Assembly (NCBI GenBank): GCA_009914755.4
Contig: CP068257.2
Location: 7,264,001-7,328,000 of the forward strand
Origin: the human T2T-CHM13v2.0 reference genome, Homo sapiens
Direction of reading: 5' to 3'
DNA length: 64,000 nucleotides
The notes beneath the pieces are model-generated. The model saw nothing but the letters and a program-made list of their open reading frames with translations. It was not told the origin of the DNA and did not search any database. A program made the translations under genes and the position numbers. Positions within the stretch are counted from its first letter, which is position 1, and each line of letters opens with the position of its first letter. Shown one piece after another: positions 1-14,300 of this stretch.

Positions 1-560
1 ATTGGAAAGCTGTAGAATGGAAAAAATTGGAATGAAATACACACGAATAGACTGGAACGGAATGGAATGGAAAGGAATGGAATGGAGTGGAATGGAATGG
101 AATGGAATGGAATGGAATGGAATGGAAACAACACGAATAGAATGGAACGGAATGTAATGGAATGCTGTGGAATGGAATGGAATGGAATGAAATAAACACG
201 AATAGAATGGAACGGAATGGAATGGAATGGAATGGAATGGAATGGAATGGAATGGAGTGAAATGGAAAGGAACGGAATGGAATTAACCCGAGTGGAATTG
301 AATGGAATTGAAAGGAATCAACCCGAGTGGAATGAAATGGAATGTAATGCAATGGAATGGAGCGGAATCAACCTGAGTGAAATGGAATGGAATGGAATGG
401 AATGGAATGCAATGGAACGGAATGGAAAGGAATGGAATGGAATCATCCCGAGTGGAATGGAATGGAATGGAATGGAACAGAACGGAAAGGAATGGAATGG
501 AATAGATTGAATCCGAGAGGAATTGACTGGAGTGGAATGGATACGAACGGAATGCAAGGG

Positions 561-577
561 ATTCAACCCAGTTGAAT
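561..577. repeat. Inverted repeat ATTCAAC-CCA-GTTGAAT (7-bp stem, 3-nt loop) inside the conserved ~100-bp anchor module
   Basis: ATTCAAC is the exact reverse complement of GTTGAAT. The flanking sequence is GAATAGATTGAATCCGAGAGGAATTGACTGGAGTGGAATGGAT...GCAAGGG[ATTCAACCCAGTTGAAT]ATCATGGATTGGAAAGGAGTGG. Confidence 0.9.
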
Positions 578-3500
578 ATCATGGATTGGAAAGGAGTGGA
601 ATGGAATGGAATGGAAAGGAGTGCAATGGAATGGAATGGAATCAACACGAATGGAATGGAACGGAATGGAATGGAATGGAATGGAATGGAATGGAATGGA
701 ATGGAATGGAAACAACACGAATGGAATGGAACGGAACGGAATGGAATGGAATGCTGTGGAATGGAAAGAATTGGAATGAAATAAACACGAATAGAATGGA
801 ACGGAATGGAATGGAAAGGAATGGAATGGAATGGAATAGAAACAACACGAATAGAATGGAACGGAATGTACTGGAATGCTGTGGAATGGAATGGAATGGA
901 ATGAAATAAACACGAATAGAATGGAACGGAATGGAATGGAATGGAATGAAATGGAATGGAATGGAGTGAAATGGAAAGGAACGGATTGGAATTAACCCGA
1001 GTGGAATTCAATGAAATGGAAAGGAATCAACTCGAGTGGAAAGAAATGGAATGTAATGCAATGGAATGGAGCGGAATCAACCTGAGTGTAATGGAATGGA
1101 ATGGAATGGAATGGAATGGAATGGAATGCAATGGTATGAAATGGAATGCAATGGAATGGAATCAACCCGAATGGAATGGAACGGAATGGAATGGAAAGGA
1201 ATCGAATGGAATGGAATGAAATGGAATGGAATGGAATGGAATGGGAACATCCCGAATGGAATGGAATGGTATGGAATGCAATGGAATGGAATGGAACAGA
1301 ACGGAAAGGAATGGAATGGAATAGATTGAATCCGAGAAGAATTGACTGGAGTGGAATGGATTGGAATGGAATGCAAGGGATTCAACCCAGTTAAACGTCA
1401 TGGATTGGAAAGGAGTGGAATGGAATGGAATGGAAAGGAGTGGAATGGAATGGAATGGAATGGAATCAACACGAATGGAATGGAACGGAATGGAATGAAA
1501 TGGAATGGAATGGAATGGAATGGAACGGAACGCAATGGAAGGGAATGGAATGAAATAAACACGAATAGAATGGAACGGAATGGAAGGGAAAGGAATGGAA
1601 TGGAATGCAATGGAATGGAATGGAAAGAAATGGAGAGGAACGGAATGGAATTAACTTGAGTGGAACGGAATGGAATGGAAAGGAATCAACCCGAGTGGAA
1701 TGAAATGGAATGTAATGCAATGGAATGGAGCAGAATCAACCTGAGACGAATGCAATGGAATGGAATGGAAAGGAGTGGAATGGAATGGAATGGAATGGTA
1801 TGGAACGGAATGGAATCCAATGGAATCAGCTGGAATGGAATAGCATAGAATGGAATGGAATGGAATGGAATCCATCCGGGTGGAAAGGAATGGAATGTAT
1901 GGAGTGGAATGGAATGGAATGGAGTGGAATGGAATGGAATGGAATGCAGTGGAAATTAATGGAATGGAATGAACCCGAATGGAATGGAACAGAATGGAAT
2001 GGCATGGAATGGAATGGAATGGAATGGAATGGAATGGAATGGAATCAACCAGAATGGGATGGAATGGAATGGAATAGAATGGAATGGAATGGAATGGAAT
2101 CAACCCTAATGGGATGGAATGGAATGGAATGGAATGGAACGCAATTGAATGCAATGGAATGCTATGGAATCAACCAGAGTGTAAGGGAAATGCATGGAAT
2201 GGAATGGAATGGAATGGAATCAACCCAAGTGAAATGGAATGGAATGGAGTGCAACGGAATCAACCCGAGTGGAATCGAATGGAAAGGAATGGAATGAAAT
2301 GGAATGGAAAGGAATGGAATGGAATCAACCCGAATGGAATGTAAAGGAATAGAAAGGTATGAATGGAATGGAATGGAATGGAATGGAATGGAATGGAATG
2401 GAATGGAATGGAATAGTATGGAATCAACCCGAGTGGAATGGATTGGACTGGAATGGAATAGAATGGAATGGAATGGAATGGAACGGAATGGAATGGACTG
2501 GAATGGAATGGAATGAACCCGAAAGGAACGGAATGGAAAGGAATGCAATGGAATAAAATGGAATGGAATCAACCCGCATGGAATGTAACGGAATTGAATG
2601 GAAAGGAATGGAATGGAATGGAATGGAATGGAATGGAATGGAATGGAATGGAATGGAACGGAATGGAATGGAATCATCCCGAGTGGAATGGAATGGTATG
2701 GATTGCAATGGACTGGAATGGAACAGAATGGAAAGGAATGGAATGGAATAGATTGAATCCGAGAGGAATTGACTGGAGTGGAATGGATTGTAATGGAATG
2801 CAAGGGATTCAACCCAGTTGAATGTCATAGATTGGAAAGGAGAGGAATGGAATGGAATGGAAATTAGTGGAATGGAATGGAATGAAACCAACACGAATGG
2901 AATGGAACGGAATGGAATGAAATGGAATGGAATGGAATGGAATGGAAACAAATCGAATGGAATGGAACGGAACGGAATGGAATGGAATGCTGTGGAATGG
3001 AAAGAATTGGAATGAAATAAGCACGAATAGAACGGAACGGAATGGAATGGAAAGGAATGGAATGGAATGGAATGGAAACAACACGAATAGAATGGAACGG
3101 AATGGAATGGAATGCTGTGGAAAGGAATGGAATGGAATGAAATAAACACGAATAGAATGGAACGGAATGGAATGGAATGGAATGGAATGGAATGGAATGG
3201 AGTGAAGTGGAAAGGAATGGCATGGATTTAACCCGAGTGGAATTGAATGGAATGGAAAGGAATCAATCCGAGTGGAATGAAATGGAATGGAATGCAATGG
3301 AATGGAGCGGAATCAACCTGAGTGGAATGGGATGGAATGGAATGGAATGCAATGGAATGGAATGGAATGGAATGGAATGGAATCAACCAGAATGGAATGG
3401 AACGGAATGCAATGGAAAGGAATGGAATGGAATGGAATTGAATGGAATGGACTGGAATGGAATGAAATGGAATAATCCCGAGTGGAACGGAATGGTATAG

Positions 3501-3870
3501 AATGCAATGGAATGGAATGGAAGAGAATGGAAAGGAATGGAATGGAATAGATTGAATCCGAGAGGAATTGACTGGAGTGGAATGGATTGGAACGGAATGC
3601 AAGGGATTCCACTGAGTTGAATGTCATGGATTGGAAAGGAGTGGAATGGAATGGAATGGAAAAGACTGGAATGGAATGGAATGGAATCAACACGAATGGA
3701 ATGGAACGGAACGGAATGGAATGGAATGGAATGCAACGGAATGGAATGGAATGGAGTGAAATGGAAAGGAAGGGATTGGAATTAACCCGAGTGGAATTGA
3801 ATGGAATGGAAAGGAATCAACTCGAGTGGAATGAAATGGAATGTAATGCAATGGAATGGAGCAGAATCAA

Positions 3871-6800
3871 CCTGAGTCGAATGCAATGGAATGGAATGGA
3901 AAGGAGTGGAATGGAATGGAATGGAATGGAATGGAATGGAATGGAACGGAATGGAATCCAATGGAATCAGCTGGAATGGAATAGCATAGAATGGAATGGA
4001 ATGGAATGGAATCAATCCGGGTGGAAAGGAAGGGAATGTATGGAGTGGAATGGAATGGAATGGAGTGGAATGGAATGGAATGGAATGCAGTGGAATTTAA
4101 TGGAATGGAATCAACCCGAAAGGAATGGAACACAATGGAATGGAATGGAATGGAATGGAATGGAATGGAATGAACCCGAATAGGATGGAATGGAATGGAA
4201 TGGAATGGAATGGAATGGAATGGAATCAAACCGAATGGGATGGAATGGAATGAAATGTAATGGAATGCAATGGAATGCTATGGAATCAAACCGAGTGTAA
4301 GGGAAATGCATGGAATGGAATGGAATGGAATGGAATCAACCCAAATGCAATGGAATGGAATGGAATGCAACGGAATCACCCCGAGTGGAATGGAATGGAA
4401 AGGAATGGAATGAAATGGAATGGAAAGGAATGGAATGGGATCAACCCGAATGGAATGTAATGGAATGGAAAGATATGAATGGAATGGAAGGGAATGGAAT
4501 GGTATGGAATCAACCTGAGTGGAATGCATTGGACTGGAATGGAATAGAATGGAATGGAATGGAATGCAATGGAATGGAAGGAAATGGAATGGAACGGAAT
4601 GGAATGGAATTGAATGGGATGGAATGAACCCGAAAGGAACGGAATGGAATGGAAAGGAATCAATCCGAGTGGAATGAAATGGAATGTAATGCAATAGAAT
4701 GGAGCGGAATCAACCTGAGTCGAATGCAATGGAATGAAATGGAAAGGAGTGGAATGGAATGGAATGGAATGGAATGGAATGGAATGGAACCGAATGGACT
4801 CCAATGGAATCAACTGGAATGGAATAGCATAGAATGGAATGGAATGTAATGGAATCAATCCGGGTGGAAAGTAATGGAATATATGTAGTGGAATGGAATG
4901 GAATGGAGTGGAATGGAATGGAATGGAATGCAGTGGAATTTAATGGAATGGAATCAACCCGAATGGAACGGAATGGAATGGAATGGAATGGAATGGAATG
5001 GAATGGAATGGAATGGAATCAACCAGAATGGGATGGAATGGAATGGAATGGAATGGAATGCAATGGAATGCTATGGAATCAACCCGAGTGTAAGGGAAAT
5101 GCATGCAACGGAATGGAATGGAATGGAATGGAATGGAATGGAGTGAAATGGAAAGGAACGGAATGGAATTAACCCGAGTGGAATTGAATGGAATGGAAGG
5201 GAATCAACCCGAGTGGAATGAAATGGAATGTAATGCAATGGAATGGAGCGGAATCAACCTGAGTGGAATGGAATAGAATGGAAGGGAATGGAATGCAATG
5301 GAACGGAATGGAATGGAATGGAATGGAATCATCCCGAGTGGAATGGAATGGTATGGAATGCAATGGAATGGAATGGAACAGAACGGAAAGGAATGGAATG
5401 GAATAGATTGAATCCGAGAGGAATTCACTGGAGTGGAATGGATTAGAATGGAATGCAAGGGATTCAACCCAGTTGAATGTCATGGATTGGAAAGCAGTGG
5501 AATGGAATGGAATGGAAAGGAGTGGAATGGAATGGAATGGAATCAACACGAATGGAATGGAACGGAATGGAATGGAACGGAATGGAATGGAATGGAATGG
5601 AATGGAAACAACACGAATGGAATGGAATGGAACGGCAGGGAATGGAATGCTGTGGAATGGAAAGAATTGGAATAAAATAAACACGAATAGAATGGAACCG
5701 AATGGAATGGAAAGGAATGGAATGGAATGGCATGGAATGGAATGGAATGGAATGGAATGGAATGGAAACAACACGAATAGAATGGAACGGAATGGAATGG
5801 AATGCTGTGGAATGGAATGGAATGGAATGAAATAAACACGAATAGAATGGAACGGAATGGAATGGAATGGAATGGAATGGAATGGAGTGAAATGGAAAGG
5901 AACGGATTGGAATTAACCCGAGTGGAATTGAATGGAATGGAATGGAATGGAATGGAATGGAATGGAATGGAATGCAATGGAATGGAATGGAATGGAATGG
6001 AATGCAATGGAATGGAATGGAATGGAATCAACGCGAATGGAATGGAACGGAATGGAATGGAAAGGAATGGAAAGGAATGGAATGGAATGGAATGGAACGG
6101 AATGGACTGGAATGGAATGGAATCATCCCGAGTGGAATGGAATGGAATGGGATGGAACAGAACGGAAAGGAATGGAATGGAATAGATTGAATCCGAGAGG
6201 AATTGACTGCAGTGGAATGGATTGGAATGGAATGCAAGGGATTCAACCCAGTTGAATATCATGGATTGGAAAGGAGTAGAATGGAATGGAATGGGAAGGA
6301 GTGGAATGGAATGGAATGGAATCAACACGAATGGAATGGAACGGAATGGAATGAAATGGAATGGAATGGAATGGTATGGAAACAACACGAATGGAATGGA
6401 ACGGAACGGAATGGAATGGAATGGTATGGAAACAACACGAATGGAATGGAACGGAACGGAATGGAATGGAATGCTGTGGAATGGAATGGAATGGAATGAA
6501 ATAAACACGAATAGAATGCCTCGGAATGGAATGGAAAGGAATGGAGTGGAAAGGAATGGAACGGAATGAAATGGAGAGGTACGGAATGGTATTAACCCGA
6601 GTGGAATGGAATGGAATGGAAAGGAATCAACCCCAGTAGAACGAAATGGAATGTAATGCAATGGAATGGAGCAGAATCAACCTGAGTCGAATGCAATGGA
6701 ATGGAATGGAAAGGAGTGGAATGGAATGGAATGGAATGGAATGGAACGGAATGGAATCCAATGGAATCAGCTGGAATGGAATAGCATAGAATGGAATGGA

Positions 6801-7533
6801 ATGGAATGCAATCAATCCGGGTGGATAGGAATGGAATGTATGGATTGGAATGGAATGGAATGGAGTGGAATGGAATGGAATGGAATGGAATACAATGGAA
6901 TGGAATGGAATGGAATGGAATGGAATGGAATGGAAAGGAATAGAATGGAAAGGAATCAACCCGAATGGGATGGAATGGAATGGGATGGAATGGAATGGAA
7001 TGGAATGGAATGCAATGGAATGCTATGGAATCAACCCGAGGGTAAGGGAAATGAATGGAATGGAATGGAATGGAATGGAATAAACCCAAGTGCAATGGAA
7101 TGGAATCAACCCAAGTGCAATGGAATGGAATGGAATGCAACGGAATCAACCCGAGTGGAAAGGAATGGAAAGGAATGGAATGAAATGGAATGGAAAGGAA
7201 TGGAATGGAATCAACCCGAATGGAATGTGATGGAAGGGAAAGGTATAAATGGAATGGAATGGAATAGAATGGAATGGAATGGAATGGTATGGTATGGAAT
7301 CAACGCGAGTGGAATGGAATGGACTGGAATGGAATAGAATGGAATGGAATGGAATGGAATCAACACGAATGGAATGGAACGGAATGGAATGAAATGGAAT
7401 GGAATGGAATGGAATGGAATGAAATGGAAATGAACGGAATGGAATTAACACGAGTGGAACGGAATGGAATGGAAAGGAATCAACCCGAGTGGAATGAAAT
7501 GGAATGTAATGCAATGGAATGGAGCAGAATCAA
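3871..7533 (+). repeat. HOR-I copy, 3.66 kb
   Basis: Bounded by same-phase CCTGAGTCGAATGC landmarks. Internal landmarks at +850, +1589, +2369 and +2810 match the next copy. Confidence 0.65.
6241..6257. repeat. Inverted repeat ATTCAAC-CCA-GTTGAAT (same anchor module)
   Basis: The sequence and context match the copy at 561-577. Confidence 0.9.
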
Positions 7534-10500
7534 CCTGAGTCGAATGCAATGGAATGGAATGGAAAGGAGTGGAATGGAATGGAATGGAATGGAATGGAAT
7601 GGAACGGAAAGGAATCCAATGGAATCAGCTGGAATGGAATAGCATAGAATGGAATGGAATGGAATGGAATCAATCCAGGTGGAAAGGAATGAAATGTATG
7701 GACTGGAATGGAATGGAATGGAGTGGAATGGAATCGAAAGGAATGCAGTGGAATGTAATGGAATGGAATCAACCCGAATGGAATGGAACAGAATGGAATG
7801 GAATGGAATGGAATGGAATGGAATGGAATGGAATGGAATGGAATCAACCCGAATGGGATGGAATGGAATGGAATGGAATGGAATGCAATGGAATGCTATG
7901 GAATCAACCCGAGTTTAAGGGAAATGCATGGAATGGAATGGAATGGAATGGAATGGAATGGAATGGAATGGAATCAACCCAAGTGCAATGGAAAGGAATG
8001 GAATGCAACGGAATCAACCCGAGTGGAAGGGAATGGAAAGGAATGGAATGAAATGGAATGGAAAGGAATGGAATGGGATCAACCCGAATGGAATGTAATG
8101 GAATGGAAAGGTATGAATGGAATGGAATGGAATGGAATGCTATGGAATCAACCCGAGTGGAATGGATTAGACTGGAATGGAATAGAATGGAATGGAATGG
8201 AATGGAATGCAATGGAATGGAAGGGAATGGAATGGAACGGAATGGAATGGAATTGAATGGGATGGAATGAACCCGAAAGGAACGGAATGGAATGGAAAGG
8301 AATCAATCCGAGTGGAATGAAATGGAATGTAATGCAATGGAATGGAGCGGAATCAACCTGAGTCGAATGCAATGGAATGAAATGGAAAGGAGTGGAATGG
8401 AATGGAATGGAATGGAATGGAATGGAACCGAATGGAATCCAATGGAATCAACTGGAATGGAATAGCATAGAATGGAATGGAATGTAATGGAATCAATCCG
8501 GGTGGAAAGTAATGGAATATATGTAGTGGAATGGAATGGAATGGAGTGGAATGGAATGGAATGGAATGCAGTGGAATTTAATGGAATGGAATCAACCCGA
8601 ATGGAACGGAATGGAATTGAATGGAATGGAATGGAATGGAATGGAATGGAATCAACCAGAATGGGATGGAATGGAATGGAATGGAATGGAATGCAATAGA
8701 ATGCTATGGAATCAACCCGAGTGTAAGGGAAATGCATGCAACGGAATGGAATGGAATGGAATGGAATGGAATGGAATGGAGTGAAATGGAAAGGAACGGA
8801 ATGGAATTAACCCGAGTGGAATTGAATGGAATGGAAGGGAATCAACCCGAGTGGAATGAAATGGAATGTAATGCAATGGAATGGAGCGGAATCAACCTGA
8901 GTGGAATGGAATAGAATGGAAGGGAATGGAATGCAATGGAACGGAATGGAATGGAATGGAATGGAATCATCCCGAGTGGAATGGAATGGTATGGAATGCA
9001 ATGGAATGCAATGGAACAGAACGGAAAGGAATGGAATGGAATAGATTGAATCCGAGAGGAATTCACTGGAGTGGAATGGATTGGAATGGAATGCAAGGGA
9101 TTCAACCCAGTTGAATGTCATGGATTGGAAAGGAGTGGAATGGAATGGAATGGAAAGGAGTGGAATGGAATGGAATGGAATCAACACGAATGGAATGGAA
9201 CGGAATGGAATGGAACGGAATGGAATGGAATGGAATGGAATGGAATGGAATGGAATGGAAACAACACGAATGGAATGGAACGGAACGGCAGGGAATGGAA
9301 TGCTGTGGAATGGAAAGAATTGGAATAAAATAAACACGAATAGAATGGAACCGAATGGAATGGAAAGGAATGGAATGGAATGGCATGGAATGGAATGGAA
9401 TGGAATGGAATGGAAACAACACGAATAGAATGGAACGGAATGGAATGGAATGCTGTGGAATGGAATGGAATGGAATGAAATAAACACGAATAGAATGGAA
9501 CGGAATGGAATGGAATGGAATGGAATGGAATGGAATGGAATGGAATGGAGTGAAATGGAAAGGAACGGATTGGAATTAACCCGAGTGGAATTGAATGGAA
9601 TGGAATGGAATGGAATGGAATGCAATGGAATGGAATGGAATGGAATGGAATGGAATGGAATGGAATGGAATGGAATGCAATGGAATGGAATGGAATGGAA
9701 TCAACGCGAATGGAATGGAACGGAATGGAATGGAAAGGAATGGAAAGGAATGGAATGGAATGGAATGGAACGGAATGGACTGGAATGGAATGGAATCATC
9801 CCGAGTGGAATGGAATGGAATGGGATGGAACAGAACGGAAACGAATGGAATGGAATAGATTGAATCCGAGAGGAATTGACTGCAGTGGAATGGATTGGAA
9901 TGGAATGCAAGGGATTCAACCCAGTTGAATATCATGGATTGGAAAGGAGTGGAATGGAATGGAATGGGAAGGAGTGGAATGGAATGGAATGGAATCAACA
10001 CGAATGGAATGGAACGGAATGGGATGAAATGGAATGGAATGGAATGGTATGGAAACAACACGAATGGAATGGAACGGAACGGAATGGAATGGAATGCTGT
10101 GGAATGGAATGGAATGGAATGAAATAAACACGAATAGAATGCCTCGGAATGGAATGGAAAGGAATGGAGTGGAAGGGAATGGAACGGAATGAAATGGAGA
10201 GGTACTGAATGGAACTAACCCGAGTGGAATGGAATGGAATGGAAAGGAATCAACCCGAGTAGAATGAAATGGAATGTAATGCAAAGGAATGGAGCAGAAT
10301 CAACCTGAGTCGAGTGCAATGGAATGGAATGGAAAGGAGTGGAATGGAATGGAATGGAATGGAATGGAATGGAACAGAATGGAATCCAATGGAATCAGCT
10401 GGAATGGAATAGCATAGAATGGAATGGAATGGAATGCAATCAATCCGGGTGGATAGGAATGGAATGTATGGATTGGAATGGAATGGAATGGAGTGGAATG

Positions 10501-11351
10501 GAATGGAATGGAATGCAGTGGAAATTAATGGAATGGAATCAACCCGAATGGAATGGAACAGAATGGAATGGAATGGAATGGAATGGAATGGAATGGAATG
10601 GAATACAATGGAATGGAATGGAATGGAATGGAATGGAATGGAATAGAATGGAATGGAATCAACCCGAATGGGATGGAATGGAATGGGATGGAATGGAATG
10701 GAATGGAATGGAATGCAATGGAATGCTATGGAATCAACCCGAGGGTAAGGGAAATGAATGGAATGGAATGGAATGGAATGGAATAAACCCAAGTGCAATG
10801 GAATGGAATCCACCCAAGTGCAATGGAATGGAATGGAATGCAACGGAATCAACCCGAGTGGAAAGGAATGGAAAGGAATGGAATGGAATGGAATAAACCC
10901 AAGTGCAATGGAATGGAATCCACCCAAGTGCAATGGAATGGAATGGAATGCAACGGAATCAACCCGAGTGGAAAGGAATGGAAAGGAATGGAATGAAATG
11001 GAATGGAAAGGAATGGAATGGAATCAACCCGAATGGAATGTGATGGAATGGAAAGGTATAAATGGAATGGAATGGAATAGAATGGAATGGAATGGAATGG
11101 TATGGTATGGAATCAACGCGAGTGGAATGGAATGGACTGGAATGGAATAGAATGGAATGGAATGGAATGGAATCAACACGAATGGAATGGAACGGAATGG
11201 AATGAAATGGAATGGAATGGAATGGAATGGAATGGAATGAAATGGAAATGAATGGAATGGAATTTACACGAGTGGAACGGAATGGAATGGAAAGGAATCA
11301 ACCCGAGTGGAATGAAATGGAATGTAATGCAATGGAATGGAGGAGAATCAA
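7534..11351 (+). repeat. HOR-I copy, 3.82 kb (longer because of an ~80-bp insertion near 10500 and a 110-bp tandem duplication at 10781-11000)
   Basis: Landmark spacing compared with the previous copy is 827, 738, 813, 389 and 1051, against 850, 739, 780, 441 and 853. Confidence 0.65.
10781..11000 (+). repeat. 110-bp tandem duplication inside one HOR-I copy
   Basis: Units are 10781-10890 and 10891-11000. Lines 10801-10860 and 10921-10980 are identical. The homologous position in the previous copy (7078-7190) carries a single unit. Confidence 0.85.
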
Positions 11352-14300
11352 CCTGAGTCGAATGCAATGGAATGGAATGGAAAGGAGTGGAATGGAATGG
11401 AATGGAATGGAATGGAATGGAACGGAAAGGAATCCAATGGAATCAGCTGGAATGGAATAGCATAGAATGGAATGGAATGGAATGGAATCAATCCAGGTGG
11501 AAAGGAATGAAATGTATGGAGTGGAATGGAATGGAATGGAGTGGAATGGAATCGAATGGAATGCAGTGGAATGTAATGGAATGGAATCAAGCCGAATGGA
11601 ATGGAACAGAATGGAATGGAATGGAATGGAATGGAATGGAATGGAATGGAATGGAATCAACCCGAATGGGATGGAATGGAATGGAATGGAATGGAATGCA
11701 ATGGAATGCTATGGAATCAACCCGAGTTTAAGGGAAATGCATGGAATGGAATGGAATGGAATGGAATGGAATGAAATGGAATCAACCCAAGTGCAAGGGA
11801 AAGGAATGGAATGCAACGGAATCAACCCGAGTGGAATGGAATGGAAAGGAATGGAATCAAATGGAATGGAAAGGAATGGAATGGGATCAACCCGAATGGA
11901 ATGTAATGGAATGGAAAGGTATGAATGGAATGGAATGGAATGGAATGGTATGGAATCAACCCGAGTGGAATGGATTGGACTGGAATGGAATAGAATGGAA
12001 TGGAATGGAATGGAATGCAATGGAATGGAAGGGAATGGAATGGAACGGAATGGAATGGAATTGAATGGGGTGGAATGAACCCGAAAGGAACGGAATGGAA
12101 TGGAAAGGAATCAATCCGAGTGGAATGAAATGGAATGTAATGCAATGGAATGGAGCAGAATCAACCTGAGTCGAATGCAATGGAATGAAATGGAAAGGAG
12201 TGGAATGGAATGGAATGGAATGGAATGGAATGGAATGGAACCGAATGGAATCCAATGGAATCAACTGGAATGGAATAGCATAGAATGGAATGGAATGTAA
12301 TGGAATCAATCCGGGTGGAAAGGAATGGAATATATGTAGTGGAATGGAATGGAATGGAGTGGAATGGAATGGAATGGAATGCAGTGGAATTTAATGGAAT
12401 GGAATCAACCCAAATGGAACGGAATGGAATGGAATGGAATGCAATGGAATGGAATGGAATGGAATCAACCAGAATGGGATGGAATGGAATGGAATGGAAT
12501 GGAATGCAATAGAATGCTATGGAATCAACCCGAGTGTAAGGGAAATGCATGCAACGGAATGGAATGGAATGGAATGGAATGGAATGGAGTGAAATGGAAA
12601 GGAACGGAATGGAATTAACCCGAGTGGAATTGAATGGAATGGAAGGGAATCAACCCGAGTGGAATGAAATGGAATGTAATGCAATGGAATGGAGCGGAAT
12701 CAACCTGAGTGTAATGGAATAGAATGGAAGGGAATGGAATGCAATGGAACGGAATGGAATGGAATGGAATGGAATGGAATCATCCCGAGTGGAACGGAAT
12801 GGTATGGAATGCAATGGAATGGAATGGAACAGAACGGAAAGGAATGGAATGGAATAGATTGAATCCGAGAGGAATTCACTGGAGTGGAATGGATTGGAAT
12901 GGAATGCAAGGGATTCAACCCAGTTGAATGTTATGGATTGGAAAGGAGTGGAATGGAATGGAATGGAAAGGAGTGGAATGGAATGGAATGGAATCAACAC
13001 GAATGAAATGGAACGGAATGGAATGGAACGGAATGGAATGGAATGGAATGGAATGGAATGGAATGGAATGGAAACAACACGAATGGAATGGAACGGAACG
13101 GCAGGGAATGGAATGCTGTGGAATGGAAAGAATTGGAATAAAATAAACACGAATAGAATGGAACCGAATGGAATGGAAAGGAATGGAATGGAATGGCATG
13201 GAATGGAATGGAATGGAATGGAATGGAATGGAATGGAATGGAAACAACACGAAGAGAATGGAACGGAATGGAATGGAATGCTGTGGAATGGAATGGAATG
13301 GAATGAAATAAACACGAATAGAATGGAACGGAATGGAATGGAATGGAATGGAATGGAATGGAGTGAAATGGAAAGGAACGGATTGGAATTAACCCGAGTG
13401 GAATGGAATGGAATGGAATGGAATGGAATGGAATGGAATGCAATGGAATGGAATGGAATGGAATGGAATGCAATGGAATGGAATGGAATGGAATCAACGC
13501 GAATGGAATGGAACGGAATGGAATGGAAAGGAATGGAAAGGAATGGAATGGAATGGAATGGAATGGAATGGAAAGGAATGCACTGGAATGGAATGGAATC
13601 ATCCCGAGTGGAATGGAATGGAATGGGATGGAACAGAACGGAAAGGAATGGAATGGAATAGATTGAATCCGAGAGGAATTGACTGCAGTGGAATGGATTG
13701 GAATGGAATGCAAGGGATTCAACCCAGTTGAATATCATGGATTGGAAAGGAGTGGAATGGAATGGAATGGGAAGGAGTGGAATGGAATGGAATGGAATCA
13801 ACACGAATGGAATGGAACGGAATGGAATGAAATGGAATGGAATGGAATGGTATGGAAACAACACGAATGGAATGGAACGGAACGGAATGGAGTGGAATGG
13901 TATGGAAACAACACGAATGGAATGGAACGGAACGGAATGGAATGGAATGCTGTGGAATGGAATGGAATGGAATGAAATAAACACGAATAGAATGCCTCGG
14001 AATGGAATGGAAAGGAATGGAGTGGAAAGGAATGGAACGGAATGAAATGGAGAGGTACGGAATGGTATTAACCCGAGTGGAATGGAATGGAATGGAAAGG
14101 AATCAACCCGAGTAGAATGAAATGGAATGTAATGCAATGGAATGGAGCAGAATCAACCTGAGTCGAATGCAATGGAATGGAATGGAAAGGAGTGGAATGG
14201 AATGGAATGGAATGGAATGGAATGGAAAAGAATGGAATCCAATGGAATCAGCTGGAATGGAATAGCATAGAATGGAATGGAATGGAATGCAATCAATCCG

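Noticed and set aside
12650-14137. 495-aa - strand ORF, together with the many 60-400 aa + strand MEWNGMEWNG... ORFs listed throughout the track
   Set aside because: This is the same artefact. Every ORF is a repeat translation that terminates only where a diverged monomer creates TAA, TAG or TGA. ORF length tracks repeat purity, not gene structure.
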